Positions 62,801 to 64,000 of a stretch of DNA of 64,000 bases are shown here, one piece after another (position 1 is the first letter of the stretch; every line of letters starts with the position of its first letter). This stretch comes from a virus (lineage: Duplodnaviria; Caudoviricetes): the IMG/VR virus record IMGVR_UViG_3300028591_000104, positions 32,001 through 96,000 of that record, one strand, 5' to 3'. Below the pieces are notes generated by a model, which worked only from the letters and a program-made list of their open reading frames with translations, did not search any database and was not told the DNA's origin. The translations under genes and the position numbers were made by a program.

Positions 62801-63756
62801 CTTTTGACTCAATGATGGATCGTAAATTTGCGATGGCATGGTATCTTTGGGAAACTTGCGATAAGAAAAAGCGTATTACCCTTCAGAATATGAATGGTTT
62901 AAAAACTTATGGTTTATTGCCAATGACGCCAGACTACATTCCATCTTTTAAGATTTATGAGTTTAATAGATATTTAAAAGCAAAATGTAAGTTAGATTCA
63001 GTTTCTTATCAATTAGATGAAAGAGGAATTGATTTTCTTGTTTCTATTGGTTATGACACCTTAATTAACCAAGACTCTACTTTAAAAATAAAAGAGTGGG
63101 ATAAAGTATATCAGAATGCGATGGACGTTTATCGTTTATGGATAAAAGAAAACCATGACCAGATATTAAAAGATTTAAATGTTAAGATATTTAAAGAAGA
63201 TTGGGACAAATATGCGACAGGTAACTTATCTTCTTGGGAAATGGACGTATTGTGTTTCTACTATCATGAGCACGAACTCGCGCACATTGATAAAGATAAA
63301 TATGGAATTGATGATTTTAATGATATTCCAGAAGAGCCTTTAGTAGAATATACTTTCCCTCGTGGTGGTATCTACATCCCGATTTATAAATTAAATAAGA
63401 TAATTGGAACAGTTATCGCAAGAGATAAAAATAAAGCTATAGTTTATCTTTTAACAACAGATGGCGTAGTTCCAGTTAAGTTCAGAAAAGAATATTTTGC
63501 ATTATTTGATAAGCAAATTTCTGAAAGGAACCCAGATGGTACAAAGACCGTTAAAGAAAAGAGTTGGTTTACTAGAGGAAATAAGATTATGGTAATGGGA
63601 ATAAGGAATAATGAAGAGTTTGTAGTTAAAAAATATGCTTCTTCTATAGGGCATCAATTATATAAGATAACTGATTATTTTGAAGATGGAACTTTAAATC
63701 TTACAAGTGATAGGTATCAAGGTGGAATAGAAGAAGAGGAAGGAGGAATGTCATGA
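59896..63756 (+). CDS. dnaE: DNA polymerase III alpha subunit
   Basis: PHP HNHTDFS, GRGSG, DVDVD, HAGGV, KYDLL, YGFNQSH. Confidence 0.95.
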   Translation: MKFPGSVHNHTDFSNFRLRDSINRVNTLIDYAIELGHDGIAFTEHETIANAIRIEEYRDKIKEKHPNFKIIRGNEIYLVRNDLTPENYDRTKDRYYHFILLAKDAEGHKQIRELSTRAWMRSYTQNNMVRVPTHYQDLIDIIKANPGHVIGSTACIGGALPTQLLRWRLLGDNRIYDACVKWCQNMVGIFGESNFFLELQPSFNKDQIFVNKELIKLSNKLNIPYIITNDAHYLKKEDAPIHAAFLRAQDGEREVEEFYSSTYLMSDDEVRNYLKDYITEEELQTAYQNIKKIIDMCEDYSIKKELTIPRLTWKEPTEEVTAEEKQFWSKKIPYIEKFLKSEYKEDVLLAENIIDRIRNDNELKNDRTCEEINACLEDTWVSSEKNNARWSAYFLNLQKIVDTCWDAGSLVGCGRGSGVGFILLYLLGITQINPLKEKTATYRWRFLNPDRVSVLDVDVDIESTKREQVLTKLREVYGEDRVANVLTLGTEQSKSAIQTAARGLGIDVDIARYLSSMIEADRGKTRTLAQTFYGDEENDIKPNKQFVYEMTNNYPELWKVAQKIEGLICRTGIHAGGVIFVDEPFTNSTALMRAPSGEIITQFELHDSEKASLIKYDLLSVEALDKIHICLDLLQEHDYIDDKGSLKATYEDTIGIYKLERTAEDMWKMCWEHKVLSLFQMEKQSGIKGIALLKPNSVDELAILNSTIRLMATEKGGEMPTEKLTRFKNNPKLWDAELRQYGLGPAEKAVIEPVVGISYGLCIAQEQFMQLVQLPELGGFSLTFADKLRKSIAKKNPADYEKITKEFFKETKEKGCNMQLCHYVWDVLIAMSRGYGFNQSHTLAYSLIGLQELNLAYKFPTIFWDTACLIANSGGEGASTDYTKLAQAIGTVRREGIKVGLPNINISQLGFEPDVASDQILFGLKAMLGIGDEVVESIIANRPYTSIKDFINKVKPKRSVMISLIKGGAFDSMMDRKFAMAWYLWETCDKKKRITLQNMNGLKTYGLLPMTPDYIPSFKIYEFNRYLKAKCKLDSVSYQLDERGIDFLVSIGYDTLINQDSTLKIKEWDKVYQNAMDVYRLWIKENHDQILKDLNVKIFKEDWDKYATGNLSSWEMDVLCFYYHEHELAHIDKDKYGIDDFNDIPEEPLVEYTFPRGGIYIPIYKLNKIIGTVIARDKNKAIVYLLTTDGVVPVKFRKEYFALFDKQISERNPDGTKTVKEKSWFTRGNKIMVMGIRNNEEFVVKKYASSIGHQLYKITDYFEDGTLNLTSDRYQGGIEEEEGGMS

Positions 63757-64000
63757 CCGCAACATTAATTATTATTTGGTCCATTTGTTTCTTATTTTGG
63801 CTTATTATGTGCGTCTCGGCTATTGTAGATCGTAGACCTTTAGCTGCCATAGCTTACGGTTTACTTACGATTCTTTGTTTTATGCTTACTGCCGTCTGTG
63901 CATACAAATTTGAGAATGAGACTTTAGAACCTACGACAGTTATTATTGTAAAAGATGTAAATGAAACTGAGGTATATGAAGATGCTACAATTAGCCGAAA
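63753..64000 (+). CDS. Membrane protein, 3'-truncated
   Basis: ATG overlapping the dnaE stop; two hydrophobic segments. Confidence 0.6.
   Translation, partial: MTATLIIIWSICFLFWLIMCVSAIVDRRPLAAIAYGLLTILCFMLTAVCAYKFENETLEPTTVIIVKDVNETEVYEDATISR

Overview
This window is a 64-kb segment of a large, AT-rich lytic phage genome. All credible genes are on the + strand, and sigma-A-type promoters with AGGAG RBSs suggest a Bacillota host. In order it contains: a partial PurA; a ~14-kb RNA-gene region (about 30 tRNA or tRNA-like genes, tmRNA, several large structured non-coding stretches, three PD-(D/E)XK endonucleases, a DUF2828/vWA Ro-like gene); adhesin/fibre genes; small accessory ORFs; PhoH, endolysin and holin; gyrase B/A; Pth2; two RNA ligases; NAD ligase; ThyX; and a replication module (SSB, AAA ATPase, DnaB, DnaG, RecJ, Dda/RecD-like helicase, DnaE). 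Main result: TAG appears to be reassigned to TYROSINE rather than the glutamine of code-15 phages. I count 24 in-frame TAGs inside 15 otherwise intact genes. Several fall on conserved Tyr positions: GIY-YIG 'YIG', ThyX-like 'APLY', Stealth 'ELxYSLRS', methylase 'HEAYSCD', ligase 'LYC', and Tyr columns of paralogues within the window. The window also encodes a tRNA-Tyr-shaped tRNA with a CUA anticodon and an atypical C1:G72 pair (10607-10697). A second notable feature is a tRNA-Ile(GAT) split in its anticodon loop by a 478-nt insertion that carries an endonuclease ORF but has no room for a ribozyme. CDS coordinates below are given with TAG read through. All family assignments come from motif recognition by eye, not database searches.
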